Of a DNA stretch of 60,149 nt, positions 17,420 to 26,670 are shown one piece after another. Under the pieces are notes generated by a model. The model did not search any database. It saw only the letters and a list, made by a program, of their open reading frames with translations, and was not told the DNA's origin. The stretch covers positions 1 to 60,149 of IMG/VR virus record IMGVR_UViG_3300032162_000173; one strand, written 5' to 3'. Each line of letters opens with the position of its first letter. Within the stretch, counting starts at the first letter, position 1. A program made the position numbers and the translations under genes. Origin of the DNA: a virus. Its lineage: Duplodnaviria; Caudoviricetes.

Positions 17420-17725
17420 ATGCAGTACGAAGAGGATGATGATATCAACGACGAAGATCAACCGGAGCGTGAAATAAACGCAGAGATGGAGGGATTGCTC
17501 AACAAGCTCAAGAATTACCTGTTCTATTATTACACTCCTGTATTTGATCCCAAAGATGCAGAGGTGCACATGAGCACACAGGAAGTGTACGACCAGCTTT
17601 ATAAGATATTACCAAATGGCGAGTTGTTCTCACCCTCGGATGTTGCTGGCTGGCTTCACTCAGGAGGCTTTACTTTTTTTGATTATGGAAATATGAAGTT
17701 TGAATGGATGATGAAAAAGGTGTGA
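17420..17725 (+). CDS. Hypothetical moron protein
   Basis: Acidic N-terminus; lies downstream of the structured leader. Confidence 0.6.
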   Translation: MQYEEDDDINDEDQPEREINAEMEGLLNKLKNYLFYYYTPVFDPKDAEVHMSTQEVYDQLYKILPNGELFSPSDVAGWLHSGGFTFFDYGNMKFEWMMKKV

Positions 17726-17755
17726 CCTCACCCTGCCCTCTGCTTATGGAGAGGG
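17726..17755 (+). repeat. REP-like palindrome
   Basis: CCTCACCCTGCCCTCTGCTTATGGAGAGGG. Confidence 0.75.
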
Positions 17756-17859
17756 TAACTTCACAAACTTTAGATTTTGGAGAAATATTATCTAAAATTG
17801 CTTAGTTTCACCTTATAAAAAGAGGAGCGGCTACCTCTATAAAAATTTGCCTTACAATT

Positions 17860-18132
17860 ATGGCTCGTGAATTTCCCACCTATGTTTATTATGAAGAGCA
17901 GGAAGCTAAAAGCACTGGCGAATTTATAATAAGAACTGTCAAGCCTAAATTTATTGCAAGAATTAATAGATTAGATATATATCCAGGCGATTTTCAACTT
18001 GAAATTCTTCAATGGTGGGATGCTATCGAAGATGAAAAAATACTTAATTTTTATAATGATGCCACGATATGGTTTTTGAATTATAGGATCCGCTTTAATA
18101 AAAGACAGTCAGACAACAACAATCTCATTTAA
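17860..18132 (+). CDS. Hypothetical moron protein
   Basis: AT-rich ORF with its own leader motif. Confidence 0.55.
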   Translation: MAREFPTYVYYEEQEAKSTGEFIIRTVKPKFIARINRLDIYPGDFQLEILQWWDAIEDEKILNFYNDATIWFLNYRIRFNKRQSDNNNLI

Positions 18133-18157
18133 TTTTTAAAATTTACACCCTCAGTTT

Positions 18158-18192
18158 GTCCTTTCCCAAGCGCACGCCTCATGGTAACCTTG
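18158..18192 (+). promoter_or_regulatory. Putative late promoter
   Basis: GTCCTTT at 18158 and TAACCTTG at 18185. Confidence 0.65.
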
Positions 18193-18196
18193 TATC

Positions 18197-18964
18197 ATGT
18201 TGCAACTTCTCCGGGCGTGGTTAAATGGCAGTAAAGATTACTTTACCGGTGTTGCTCTCTATGAGAAATTGGGGAGCAATGATGCGTTGAAGAAGCTTTT
18301 TGTAAAAGGCCCTACCGATTTTAACCGAAAACGCCTGCATGAGGAGCTGCTGAGTATTTGTAACGATTTAAAAACCCAAGAAAATGATCGCAATATCCCT
18401 GCTGCTGCTGGCAGCCCTGGCATTGATACTGCTGGCAGGTGGCCTGACGGTAGACTTCGAACAGACGGAGGACGGAAAACAGAAGACGCACATCCATTAC
18501 CAACTGCCCCAAACCAACCGAAGCAACCGGTAAACGTAGAACTATACAACGCCACGAGGCTGCAGGCAAACAAACTGTACAAAGAAACAATGAACAACAG
18601 GGCTGTATTGTTTTCGATGGCTGATTCCAATGACCATACAGATCCAAACACTGAAGCAAAAATAAATGAACGGGTAAAGCTTGCGCTTTCGGTTGTGACA
18701 AGTTTTCAGCAAGCTTCGGCAATGTATGATAAGTCGGAATATGTATCAGCGCACGGCCGCCTGCCTGACCAGGACGAAAACGGTGATGAAAACGAGTACG
18801 ACCACTTGCCTGACCAGCTTGTGAAACAAACCCTTGATAACCTTCGAAAGAACGTGAATAAGATGAAAAAGCGTGAGCAGACTCCTGAGCGGGTAGCGCT
18901 GCAGCAAAAACATGAAGCTAACATAGAAAAGTTATCAAAGAAATGGCATTCGTTAAAACATTAG
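18197..18964 (+). CDS. Hypothetical protein of the packaging operon
   Basis: ORF directly after a late promoter; helical composition. Confidence 0.65.
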   Translation: MLQLLRAWLNGSKDYFTGVALYEKLGSNDALKKLFVKGPTDFNRKRLHEELLSICNDLKTQENDRNIPAAAGSPGIDTAGRWPDGRLRTDGGRKTEDAHPLPTAPNQPKQPVNVELYNATRLQANKLYKETMNNRAVLFSMADSNDHTDPNTEAKINERVKLALSVVTSFQQASAMYDKSEYVSAHGRLPDQDENGDENEYDHLPDQLVKQTLDNLRKNVNKMKKREQTPERVALQQKHEANIEKLSKKWHSLKH

Positions 18965-19533
18965 GCAAAGAATATATTACGGATCCGGTTAGGGATAACA
19001 CTCGATTTACCTACACTTCGGATGATATCAGCGATTTTGTTGTTTGCAAAAGTCCGGAGAAACTGAAAACAGTGCTGGAGTCATTAAAGCCTGGCAAAAT
19101 GGTTGAATTCGTTACAAACGGTCACTGGAGCCTGATTGATATGGTGATTGAATTACTAAAGAAATACAAACCGGCAAACATATACATCGCAACGTATGCT
19201 ATCCGGGAATTTCCGATCAGACAATTGATACTGGCACAGGAAAGAGGCGAGTTGCAGGAGATTAATATATTGCTGGAATCGAGAGCTAAAATCAGAACGC
19301 CTGACGTGTATCATTTCGCCAGTATGAATGCTAATAAAATTTTTCTTACACCACTTCATGCAAAGGCTACTGTAATAGAAAGCCCTGCAGGCTGCATAAC
19401 CATAACGGGAAGCCAGAATTATACAGCAAATCCCCGCCTTGAAAATGGCATGGTAAGCCTTTGCGAAAAACGTGCGCAGTTCAATATTAACTGGATTAAA
19501 AATGTAATGGAGAATGCTGAAATATTTGACTGA
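18943..19533 (+). CDS. Phospholipase D-like (single HxK) nuclease-fold protein
   Basis: HAKATVIE...ITGSQNYT...RLEN matches HxK...GSxN of the PLD/Nuc family. Confidence 0.75.
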   Translation: MAFVKTLGKEYITDPVRDNTRFTYTSDDISDFVVCKSPEKLKTVLESLKPGKMVEFVTNGHWSLIDMVIELLKKYKPANIYIATYAIREFPIRQLILAQERGELQEINILLESRAKIRTPDVYHFASMNANKIFLTPLHAKATVIESPAGCITITGSQNYTANPRLENGMVSLCEKRAQFNINWIKNVMENAEIFD

Positions 19534-19813
19534 TATTACTAAAGAAGATTATGAACAGATTGAAGCGCTGGCTGCATTGTTTTTTACGCCGCGCGAAATT
19601 GCTGTAATGCTTGAAATGCGAGTGCAGGACATGAACGACGAAATGATGGATGAAGAAAGTGCCATTTATCGTGCATTTAATTGCGGACGCCTGCAAAGTG
19701 AAGCAGATTTGAGAAAGTCAATTGTAAAGCTTGCCAAAAGCGGCAGCAGCCCCGCGCAAACGATGTCACTGGACCTGTTGAATAAATCAAAAGCCCGGAT
19801 GCTCGACCGGTAA
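19514..19813 (+). CDS. Putative terminase small subunit-like HTH protein
   Basis: FTPREIAVMLEM HTH and a LAKSGSSPAQ tail. Lies upstream of TerL. Confidence 0.5.
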   Translation: MLKYLTDITKEDYEQIEALAALFFTPREIAVMLEMRVQDMNDEMMDEESAIYRAFNCGRLQSEADLRKSIVKLAKSGSSPAQTMSLDLLNKSKARMLDR

Positions 19814-19824
19814 TTATTATCCTG

Positions 19825-20112
19825 ATGAAAACATATAAACTATTTGATTTTTTTTCACGAAAAATAACTGCTTTTACAGCCAGTCCGGTAGGTTTTTTAG
19901 TCGCTGTGATCACCGTTGTTTTCTGGATGAAGAGCACTGATGTTACATCTTACTTAATGCTTTTTGTGATTCAGCAAAGCTCTAATTTATCCACCAAGGC
20001 GATACAAATTAAATTAGACGAGCTTATCAAAGCCAATGAAAAAGCGGATAATAATCTGCAGCAGATAGAAGACTTGACCGAACAGGAAATAAAAGAGAAA
20101 AAGCAGTCATGA
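19825..20112 (+). CDS. Low-affinity iron permease (Fet4-like) small membrane protein
   Basis: Hydrophobic helices followed by FVIQQS...KAIQIKLDELIKA...IEDLTEQEI. Confidence 0.65.
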   Translation: MKTYKLFDFFSRKITAFTASPVGFLVAVITVVFWMKSTDVTSYLMLFVIQQSSNLSTKAIQIKLDELIKANEKADNNLQQIEDLTEQEIKEKKQS

Positions 20113-20747
20113 AAGAAGATGTGTCAATAGCCTTGCAAAAGAAAGCTGACCAGGTGATGGCTGCGGCGGAAGCGCTAATTCAAAATACCAACGACTGGCA
20201 GGTTATTAAGCAGTTTATGTGCAATCGGCTGAAAGGGCTGCAGCTTACCCCTGAACAGGAGAAAAAACTGGAACGGTACCAGTTTATTTACAACCAACTC
20301 GTTTCGGGAAAATATACGGATGCTGAGGTAATCAGCCAGTTGACGAATAAAAAATTGTATGGCCTGAGCATCAGTCAGGCTTATGAAGATATGAATGCTG
20401 CGAAGGAGCTATTTCCTTCGGTTATAAACATTAATAAGCGTTTTGAATTGCATTTGGCTCTGGAGCTAAATAAACTCAGGCAAATGAAGGCCGAGGCGAT
20501 GGGAGATATGAAAGCGCTTGCTGCGTTTGAAAAAAACAGGACGTTGTTTCTGAAAGAATTGCCGGAACAAGAGGAAAATCCTGCTGATATGTTTGAAGGA
20601 CACACAATCGAAGCTGTGTTCGATCCTGCGCTATTGGGAGCGCCGGCAGTGGATATGAAAGAGGTGCTTAAGGCTGTAAATGAAAAACGAGGTAAAAAGA
20701 TTAAGATTGATATGTTTGAGGAGTTGAGTTATGAGGAAGAAGGATAG
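20109..20747 (+). CDS. Hypothetical packaging-region protein (alternative TerS candidate)
   Basis: HTH-like YGLSISQAYEDM; lies upstream of TerL. Confidence 0.55.
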   Translation: MKEDVSIALQKKADQVMAAAEALIQNTNDWQVIKQFMCNRLKGLQLTPEQEKKLERYQFIYNQLVSGKYTDAEVISQLTNKKLYGLSISQAYEDMNAAKELFPSVININKRFELHLALELNKLRQMKAEAMGDMKALAAFEKNRTLFLKELPEQEENPADMFEGHTIEAVFDPALLGAPAVDMKEVLKAVNEKRGKKIKIDMFEELSYEEEG

Positions 20748-21028
20748 TATAAAAGGTTAAGTATTTTTTATCTCCTGTAATTCTACAGAACTTTTTTAAA
20801 CTATTGTTTTTGGTAAAGTTACTAAAACAATTCCCCGTCTTATTAAATATCACTCTATTACTCAATTTAGTTTTTTGGTAAAATTACCAAAACTAAAAAA
20901 GTACTGTAATTATACATAACTTTCTAAGTTAACCGTAAACAACCAATAAAGTTTTCTGTGTCCTTAGAACCATTGTTCATAACTGATTTTTGAAGCCTAA
21001 TATTAAATAAGTTAGAAAAATATTAGAT

Positions 21029-21463
21029 TTGCTTATTATGAAAATATTTGGTTCTTATAATACAAAGTCAAAGAGTTCGAGCCTTCGGCATCAGGTAGCT
21101 AAGCTTTTTTTAGATAGATCAAATGGTTGTCTTTGTGTCAATAAACGCCTGCTCGAACTTTTAGAAATAGGAGGAAAAGAAACTGCTTTTATATATTTTA
21201 TAGAAGATGATAAAGGTAAGTTTGGTATTTGCAAAACATTGGATGAGGAAAAGGGCATTCCGTTGTATTGGTATAAAACGGACACAAGAGCAAGAATGTT
21301 CAATTCAACGATTGTGGAATACATTATGAATAAATTTAAGCTTACGAATATTCATACAAGTTATCATATAGTATTTTATCAGTTACCTGTAACGATTGAG
21401 AAATTGGTAGTTTATCAAATAAGAGAAATAACCCCTTATCAAAGGCACATGGTTAAAAGGTGA
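21029..21463 (+). CDS. Hypothetical AT-rich moron protein
   Basis: Low-GC ORF between packaging genes. Confidence 0.5.
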   Translation: MLIMKIFGSYNTKSKSSSLRHQVAKLFLDRSNGCLCVNKRLLELLEIGGKETAFIYFIEDDKGKFGICKTLDEEKGIPLYWYKTDTRARMFNSTIVEYIMNKFKLTNIHTSYHIVFYQLPVTIEKLVVYQIREITPYQRHMVKR

Positions 21464-21473
21464 TGTTTATTTA

Positions 21474-21508
21474 GTCCTTTTATTACCCATTAGATTAAAT
21501 CATTTTTG
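21474..21508 (+). promoter_or_regulatory. Putative late promoter
   Basis: GTCCTTT at 21474 and CATTTTTG at 21501. Confidence 0.65.
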
Positions 21509-21539
21509 AAAGCCTTGCCACAAACCGTAAGGCTTTTTT

Positions 21540-23183
21540 ATGTCTGTTCAGCAACTTCATTTCAACAAACCTCAGTTGCGTTCAATGGTTATCGGAGCTT
21601 CCTCCGAAGTACTGGTAGCCGGCCGTGGTACTGGTAAAAGTGAAGGTGTGCTGGCTCCTAAAAGTGCTAAGTGTTATTTTGGTACAATGCCCAGAGCTAC
21701 CGGTGTTATTGTGGCTGCTACTTATAACCAGGCACTGGTTAGAACATTGCCTGCCGTTACTGCGGGTTGGGACAGGCTGGGTTATAAGCGTGATCATCAT
21801 TACATCATTGGTAAAAAACCTACTGAGAAATGGAAGAAGCAATGGAAATGGGAAGGTCCGTACAGAGCGCCGTTTGATTATAAATATTTCATCAGCTGGT
21901 GGAACGGCGGCGGGGCTCACATAGTAAGCCAGGACAGATCCGGAAGCAGCAACGGTATTACCATAGACTGGATCATTGGCGATGAGGCAAAGTTGCTTAA
22001 TGAAGAGAAGCTTAAAACTGAATTATTTCCTGCAAACCGTGGTATCATTCCGGCTTTCTCCAATAATCCTTATCATCATGGAATTACATTCACTACAGAT
22101 ATGCCTGTCGGTACTGCCGGAAGGTGGATACTTGACCGGGTAAATGCCATGGATCGGGGAAAGGTTAACGATATATGGAAGCTTCAGGTAGTGAGGTTTC
22201 AGCTTACCCACCTTTGTAATAAGGAAACGAGGAAAACTTTTCAGGAAGAACTTAAGAAACAAATCACGGTAATAGATGATGAAATCAATGACCTGAGAAA
22301 AGGATTGCTGTATTATCATGAGGCGTCCACCCTTGATAACATACATGCGCTGGGGCTGGATTATATAAAACAGCAACTGCGTGATACGTCGGCTTTTCAG
22401 TTTGACACACAGATATTAAACCTGCGTCCTTTGAAAATGGAGGATGGATTTTACCCGGACTTTGATGAAGAGGTGCACGGGTACTTTGCTGCTGATAATT
22501 CGTACCTGGATAAACTGGAATATGATTTCAATAGGATTGACGGTATTGATTGCAGGCGTGACAGTGATGTTGATACGAATGCTCCACTACATATTGGGTT
22601 GGATTATAACAGGCGTATACATCCAATATCTGTGGGCCAGGTACTTCCAGGAGAGATCCGCGCACTGAAGGGGCTGCATTCACTATATCCTGCAAAGCTC
22701 AAAGAAGCGGTAGACATGTTTGTTAAGTACTATAAACCACATAAGCGCAAGTTCGTTTACTACTGGTATGATCAGACTGCAGTAGGTGATCAGCATGAGA
22801 CACGTCAGTGTGACGATGTAATGAATATACTAAGAAAGAACGGATGGATAGTGAAAGGCATGTACATAGGTCTGCAGCCCGGACACGAAGAGCGCTACCG
22901 TATGTGGGGAGATCTGCTTACCAATAGCGGTAAGTATAAGAAGACATTCACCATTAACAGGGAGAACTGCGATAAGCTGGTATTGTCAATAAACCAGGCC
23001 AAAGCAGAACAACGTAAGAACGGTTTTGGCAAGGATAAGAAGTCTGAGCATGATGAAAACTTTCCGGCTGAAGAGTCAACTCACTATACCGATGCATTGG
23101 ATACATGGGTATTTGGAGTTCTCGAGTCTAAGCTGCCTTATGGTGTTGAAAGCAAAGGTGGTGGAGGAATGGTGATAGGTTAG
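21540..23183 (+). CDS. terL: Terminase large subunit
   Basis: Walker A AGRGTGKS, Walker B IIGDEAK, nuclease IGLDYN and C-terminal HYTDALD. Confidence 0.92.
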   Translation: MSVQQLHFNKPQLRSMVIGASSEVLVAGRGTGKSEGVLAPKSAKCYFGTMPRATGVIVAATYNQALVRTLPAVTAGWDRLGYKRDHHYIIGKKPTEKWKKQWKWEGPYRAPFDYKYFISWWNGGGAHIVSQDRSGSSNGITIDWIIGDEAKLLNEEKLKTELFPANRGIIPAFSNNPYHHGITFTTDMPVGTAGRWILDRVNAMDRGKVNDIWKLQVVRFQLTHLCNKETRKTFQEELKKQITVIDDEINDLRKGLLYYHEASTLDNIHALGLDYIKQQLRDTSAFQFDTQILNLRPLKMEDGFYPDFDEEVHGYFAADNSYLDKLEYDFNRIDGIDCRRDSDVDTNAPLHIGLDYNRRIHPISVGQVLPGEIRALKGLHSLYPAKLKEAVDMFVKYYKPHKRKFVYYWYDQTAVGDQHETRQCDDVMNILRKNGWIVKGMYIGLQPGHEERYRMWGDLLTNSGKYKKTFTINRENCDKLVLSINQAKAEQRKNGFGKDKKSEHDENFPAEESTHYTDALDTWVFGVLESKLPYGVESKGGGGMVIG

Positions 23184-23263
23184 GGTGTTCCGCAGAGGCG
23201 TCGGGGCTTTACGTTCATAGTCCTCGCTATTGCTGTGGGCTATCCACTTCAATCCCTAACACG
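23183..23263 (+). ncRNA. Possible Flavo-1-like structured repeat/RNA motif
   Basis: GGGTGTT...TCGGGGCTTTACGTTC...GGGCTATCCACTTCAATCCCTAACAC resembles the Bacteroidota Flavo-1 motif from memory; not searched. Confidence 0.4.
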
Positions 23264-23659
23264 AGGCGAAGAAAACTGCATGAACAGTATTCTTCGCCTT
23301 TGTATGTTTAGCACAACCCTCGCCTCATAGGGAGCTCTCGCATCAATGCAAAACATAGGGAGAGTGGCAGCTACGCTACTATAGGGGCGTTCCTGCTACT
23401 GCTACTTCTATTCATATATGCCCTCCTTCTGCTATGAGGCGTCCGCCTTACGCCCATAGTGCGGGCGTAATATATTTTGACTTTTTTACACTTTTTTTAA
23501 AAAGTGATTTTGCAATGTGTTGATAATGAAAGAAATAGTAAAAAATAAACCGGAAAAAGTGCTTTTTTTTCTTGTCTATGTCAATACTTTGTCGTACCTT
23601 AAAGGTATAATTAACAAAAAGAGGAGCGGCAACCTCTATAAACTCTCGCCTCACATCTT

Positions 23660-24106
23660 ATGGTTACAAATTCAAATGTTGCCAGCAACTTGGCAAAAGA
23701 TCCGTTAGCTCAAAACGGAAAAGACACAAAGCAAACAGAACAGAAGCCAGGAGAAAACCAGCCAGAAGGGCAAAACTCCGAAACAGAATCTAAAATTCCT
23801 ACAATCATTCCGGCAAAAAATGCTCCTAAAGTTAAACCTGAACTTCGGCCATTGGAGGAAAGGATTTACAAAGTACAGCAGTTAACGGATTTGGTTTACC
23901 GTAGGGAAAAGCTGCAGGAAAGTCTCGCTAAATTAAAGTCTTACAAATTGTCATCTGATGGCAGAGCTGACAGTATCCGCATTCAGGACGGGCACGGGCA
24001 CGAGTGGAACACAAGTAATAGCGATGCTATTAAAGATGTAATTGCAACTCTCAAAGAGACCCTGCAAAAAAAATTAAACGAAGTAGAGAACCTCATTATC
24101 TTTTAG
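23660..24106 (+). CDS. Hypothetical moron protein
   Basis: Has its own promoter, leader motif and downstream hairpin. Confidence 0.65.
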   Translation: MVTNSNVASNLAKDPLAQNGKDTKQTEQKPGENQPEGQNSETESKIPTIIPAKNAPKVKPELRPLEERIYKVQQLTDLVYRREKLQESLAKLKSYKLSSDGRADSIRIQDGHGHEWNTSNSDAIKDVIATLKETLQKKLNEVENLIIF

Positions 24107-24167
24107 ACCCTCATTTCTTCCGGCCTTTTACGGCCGGAGGTTTTTTAATTCCCAAAAAGCCCGGCAA

Positions 24168-24356
24168 ATGACACAAAAGCAAAAGTGCATACAGCACTGT
24201 AAAGACTATTTGACTCAACGCAACCTCTTAGCCTATTTCTGCAGCAGAGAATTTGATCGCATTTATAAAAGGGGAGGCAGCATTGCAAACCCTTATTCTT
24301 TCGGTTTAAGCACCGGCGATGCAATGATTCGTAACGCTAAACCCATTTATAAATGA
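24168..24356 (+). CDS. Hypothetical protein
   Basis: Small ORF in the moron. Confidence 0.4.
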   Translation: MTQKQKCIQHCKDYLTQRNLLAYFCSREFDRIYKRGGSIANPYSFGLSTGDAMIRNAKPIYK

Positions 24357-24388
24357 AATTTTAAAATATACAGCAGAGACAAAAAATC

Positions 24389-24589
24389 ATGCAGAATGAA
24401 TTTACTAAAGGCGGCAAAGTAATAATTTGCCGCTTTTATGCTGACATTGCCGCAGACACAGAAGGAACGGTGATTAAAAGCTGGATTGTAAAAAATACCA
24501 AATGGGTAAAAGTATTTTTTGGCTTTAACCTGTCAGGGCAAAAATTAATTAAAAATTTTCCTGTTGATTGTCTAAAGAAGGCCACCTGA
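24389..24589 (+). CDS. Hypothetical small beta-rich (SH3-like) protein
   Basis: Small ORF in the moron. Confidence 0.45.
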   Translation: MQNEFTKGGKVIICRFYADIAADTEGTVIKSWIVKNTKWVKVFFGFNLSGQKLIKNFPVDCLKKAT

Positions 24590-24778
24590 AAAGGCGGCTT
24601 TTTTTAAAAAATTTCCGCTGCGCGGGCTGTTTCCTTTTCGCACAAACTTTTTTCTTGATAAGAGAAAAAAGTTTTTTAACTAAGCTATTTGTAAAAGTCG
24701 TTTTTTTTATTCCCAAATTTCTGTAAAAATATTCCGCATCTTCTAACAAAAATATTCCTAATAGCAACTTCCCTTTTT

Positions 24779-24813
24779 GTCCTTTTCCCCAAATCCATCT
24801 CTCTCTAATATTG
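24779..24813 (+). promoter_or_regulatory. Putative late promoter
   Basis: GTCCTTT at 24779 and TAATATTG at 24806. Confidence 0.65.
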
Positions 24814-24817
24814 CCTC

Positions 24818-25147
24818 ATGGCACTTGACCTTAGAGAAGTTGTTTCCCTCCTCCACAGCGGCGACTGGTGCAGTCTCAGCTACATTACAGCCAATGTAAA
24901 AAAGGGAACCGGCGGCAAAGTCATAGACCTGCAAAAATGCAGAATAGCAAGGAGGCAACCGGCACCAGCCGATCATAAGTCCTCCAATGTGCCAAAACTC
25001 CCTCTCCTGGAGGAGAGGGCTGTGGTGAGGTCACGTGATCCAAATCACAATCTCCACTTCACCCGCAATGTGGAGCTGCCCAATAAAATGATCAGAGCCA
25101 TACATCCCATTCTTATCATCAGCATAAACAATCAATCCGTACTATGA
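24818..25147 (+). CDS. Hypothetical pre-portal protein containing an in-frame REP-like insertion
   Basis: REP copy at 25000-25030 is translated as LPLLEERAVVRS. Confidence 0.65.
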   Translation: MALDLREVVSLLHSGDWCSLSYITANVKKGTGGKVIDLQKCRIARRQPAPADHKSSNVPKLPLLEERAVVRSRDPNHNLHFTRNVELPNKMIRAIHPILIISINNQSVL

Positions 25148-26613
25148 GCATTGAAATGGCCGGTCCTGTGGCCTACTTAGGCGAGAGCCAGAGCGCCGTG
25201 TATTTTGGGCGTTCAGGCGCAGATGCAGGCACATTTCAGTCAAAAGGAACAGCGAGCATTGTAAAACAGTTCCAAAATATTATTGGTGTTGCATTATGGG
25301 GCGAAGACAACCGTTTTCCGCAAAATATAGAGCAGCAAATGGCCTATTGCGGCGTTGGCAAGGCCGGCCTCGACTGGAAGGCAAGAGCCCTATACGCCAG
25401 CGGCATTATTCCCGGTAAGATAAAAGGCTACAAAGACGGCGGCTCAACGGAGATTTTCGAGCCGCTGGATCCTGATAAATACAAGCCGGTATACAATTTC
25501 ATCAACAACCGGCGCATGTTCAGGTTCTGGCTCGAATACCTGCAGGACTGGACGTGGTTTTTCAACTGTTTCCCGGAAGTGATCCTGAGCAAAGATGGCA
25601 AAAGCATTACTGGACTGGTACACCAGGAAAGCTGTGACAGCCGGTACAAGCAAATGGATGACAACGGAAAAATATCTAACATATTCCTTTCTAAAATATG
25701 GGGTGCTGCAAGGAACCAGTACGCCATGTTCGACCCCAAAAAAGCTATGATTGGCCTGATGGAAAATGCCAGGTTTGTAAACGAGGTAGACAACAAGTTT
25801 GTAAAGTCGCTCGATTGCATTGATATGTACGACCCGGTTAACAGCCTTAAGCAAATAGCAAAAGACTTATATGCGGCAAAGAGTGTGAATTTTAAATCCG
25901 CCATTCTCCCTGTCAATTACCCTTCTGTCAACAAAACCTATTACCAGGTGCCTTACTGGGATGGAGCACGCCTCGCAGGATGGGTAGAGATAGCAAGTAA
26001 AATTCCCTCCCTCATTAAAACGTTATATAATAAGGCTTTCCGGATAAAGTATCATATAGAAGTGCCTGAAAGTTATTTTGAACGTCTGTACAGCTTCGAA
26101 AAGTGGCAAAGCATGAACGAATCCGAACAGTCCGGAGCGCGCAAAAAATTGCTGAAAGAAATGGATGCCTTTCTTACAGCCGAAGAAAACGCTTACAAAT
26201 CATTCGTAAGCTTTTTTGATGTAGATCCCATCACTAAAAAAGAATATGGCCAGGTTAAAATAACGGAGATCGAAGATAAAACCAATCTCGACAAAGAGCT
26301 GATAACCGGATCCATGGCCGACATACAAATATTAATCGCCATGCAGGCGCATCCCACGCTGTTCGGTGCAGGTACCATCGGTACAGGTTCGCAAAGAAGC
26401 GGCGGCAGCGATATACGCGAGGCAAAGCTTGTGTACGACGCAAACCTGCACCTTGAGAGAAACGTAGCCCTTGAGCCTCTGTACCTGGTGCGTGATTACA
26501 ACCGCGAAGTGGGCGGAATATCAGAATGGGAGGAAGACATCATTTTTAGGGTAAAAGATACTGTGCTCACTACCCTCGACACCGGTGCCGGAACAAAAAA
26601 AATAGTAAGCTAA
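25144..26613 (+). CDS. Portal protein
   Basis: 489 aa after TerL, with WGEDNRFPQ, YYQVPYW and SGGSDIREA motifs. Confidence 0.8.
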   Translation: MSIEMAGPVAYLGESQSAVYFGRSGADAGTFQSKGTASIVKQFQNIIGVALWGEDNRFPQNIEQQMAYCGVGKAGLDWKARALYASGIIPGKIKGYKDGGSTEIFEPLDPDKYKPVYNFINNRRMFRFWLEYLQDWTWFFNCFPEVILSKDGKSITGLVHQESCDSRYKQMDDNGKISNIFLSKIWGAARNQYAMFDPKKAMIGLMENARFVNEVDNKFVKSLDCIDMYDPVNSLKQIAKDLYAAKSVNFKSAILPVNYPSVNKTYYQVPYWDGARLAGWVEIASKIPSLIKTLYNKAFRIKYHIEVPESYFERLYSFEKWQSMNESEQSGARKKLLKEMDAFLTAEENAYKSFVSFFDVDPITKKEYGQVKITEIEDKTNLDKELITGSMADIQILIAMQAHPTLFGAGTIGTGSQRSGGSDIREAKLVYDANLHLERNVALEPLYLVRDYNREVGGISEWEEDIIFRVKDTVLTTLDTGAGTKKIVS

Positions 26614-26635
26614 CAATAAAAAAGATACCTGTATT

Positions 26636-26670
26636 CCCCCTCTCCACGAGGAGAGGGCCAGGGTGAGGTC
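26636..26670 (-). repeat. REP-like palindrome directly before the ATG at 26671
   Basis: CCCCCTCTCCACGAGGAGAGGGCCAGGGTGAGGTC. Confidence 0.8.

Noticed and set aside
20960-20992. Ninth late promoter (GTCCTTA...GATTTTTG)
   Set aside because: The core is imperfect and the spacing is 25 rather than 27 nt, so it was not counted.
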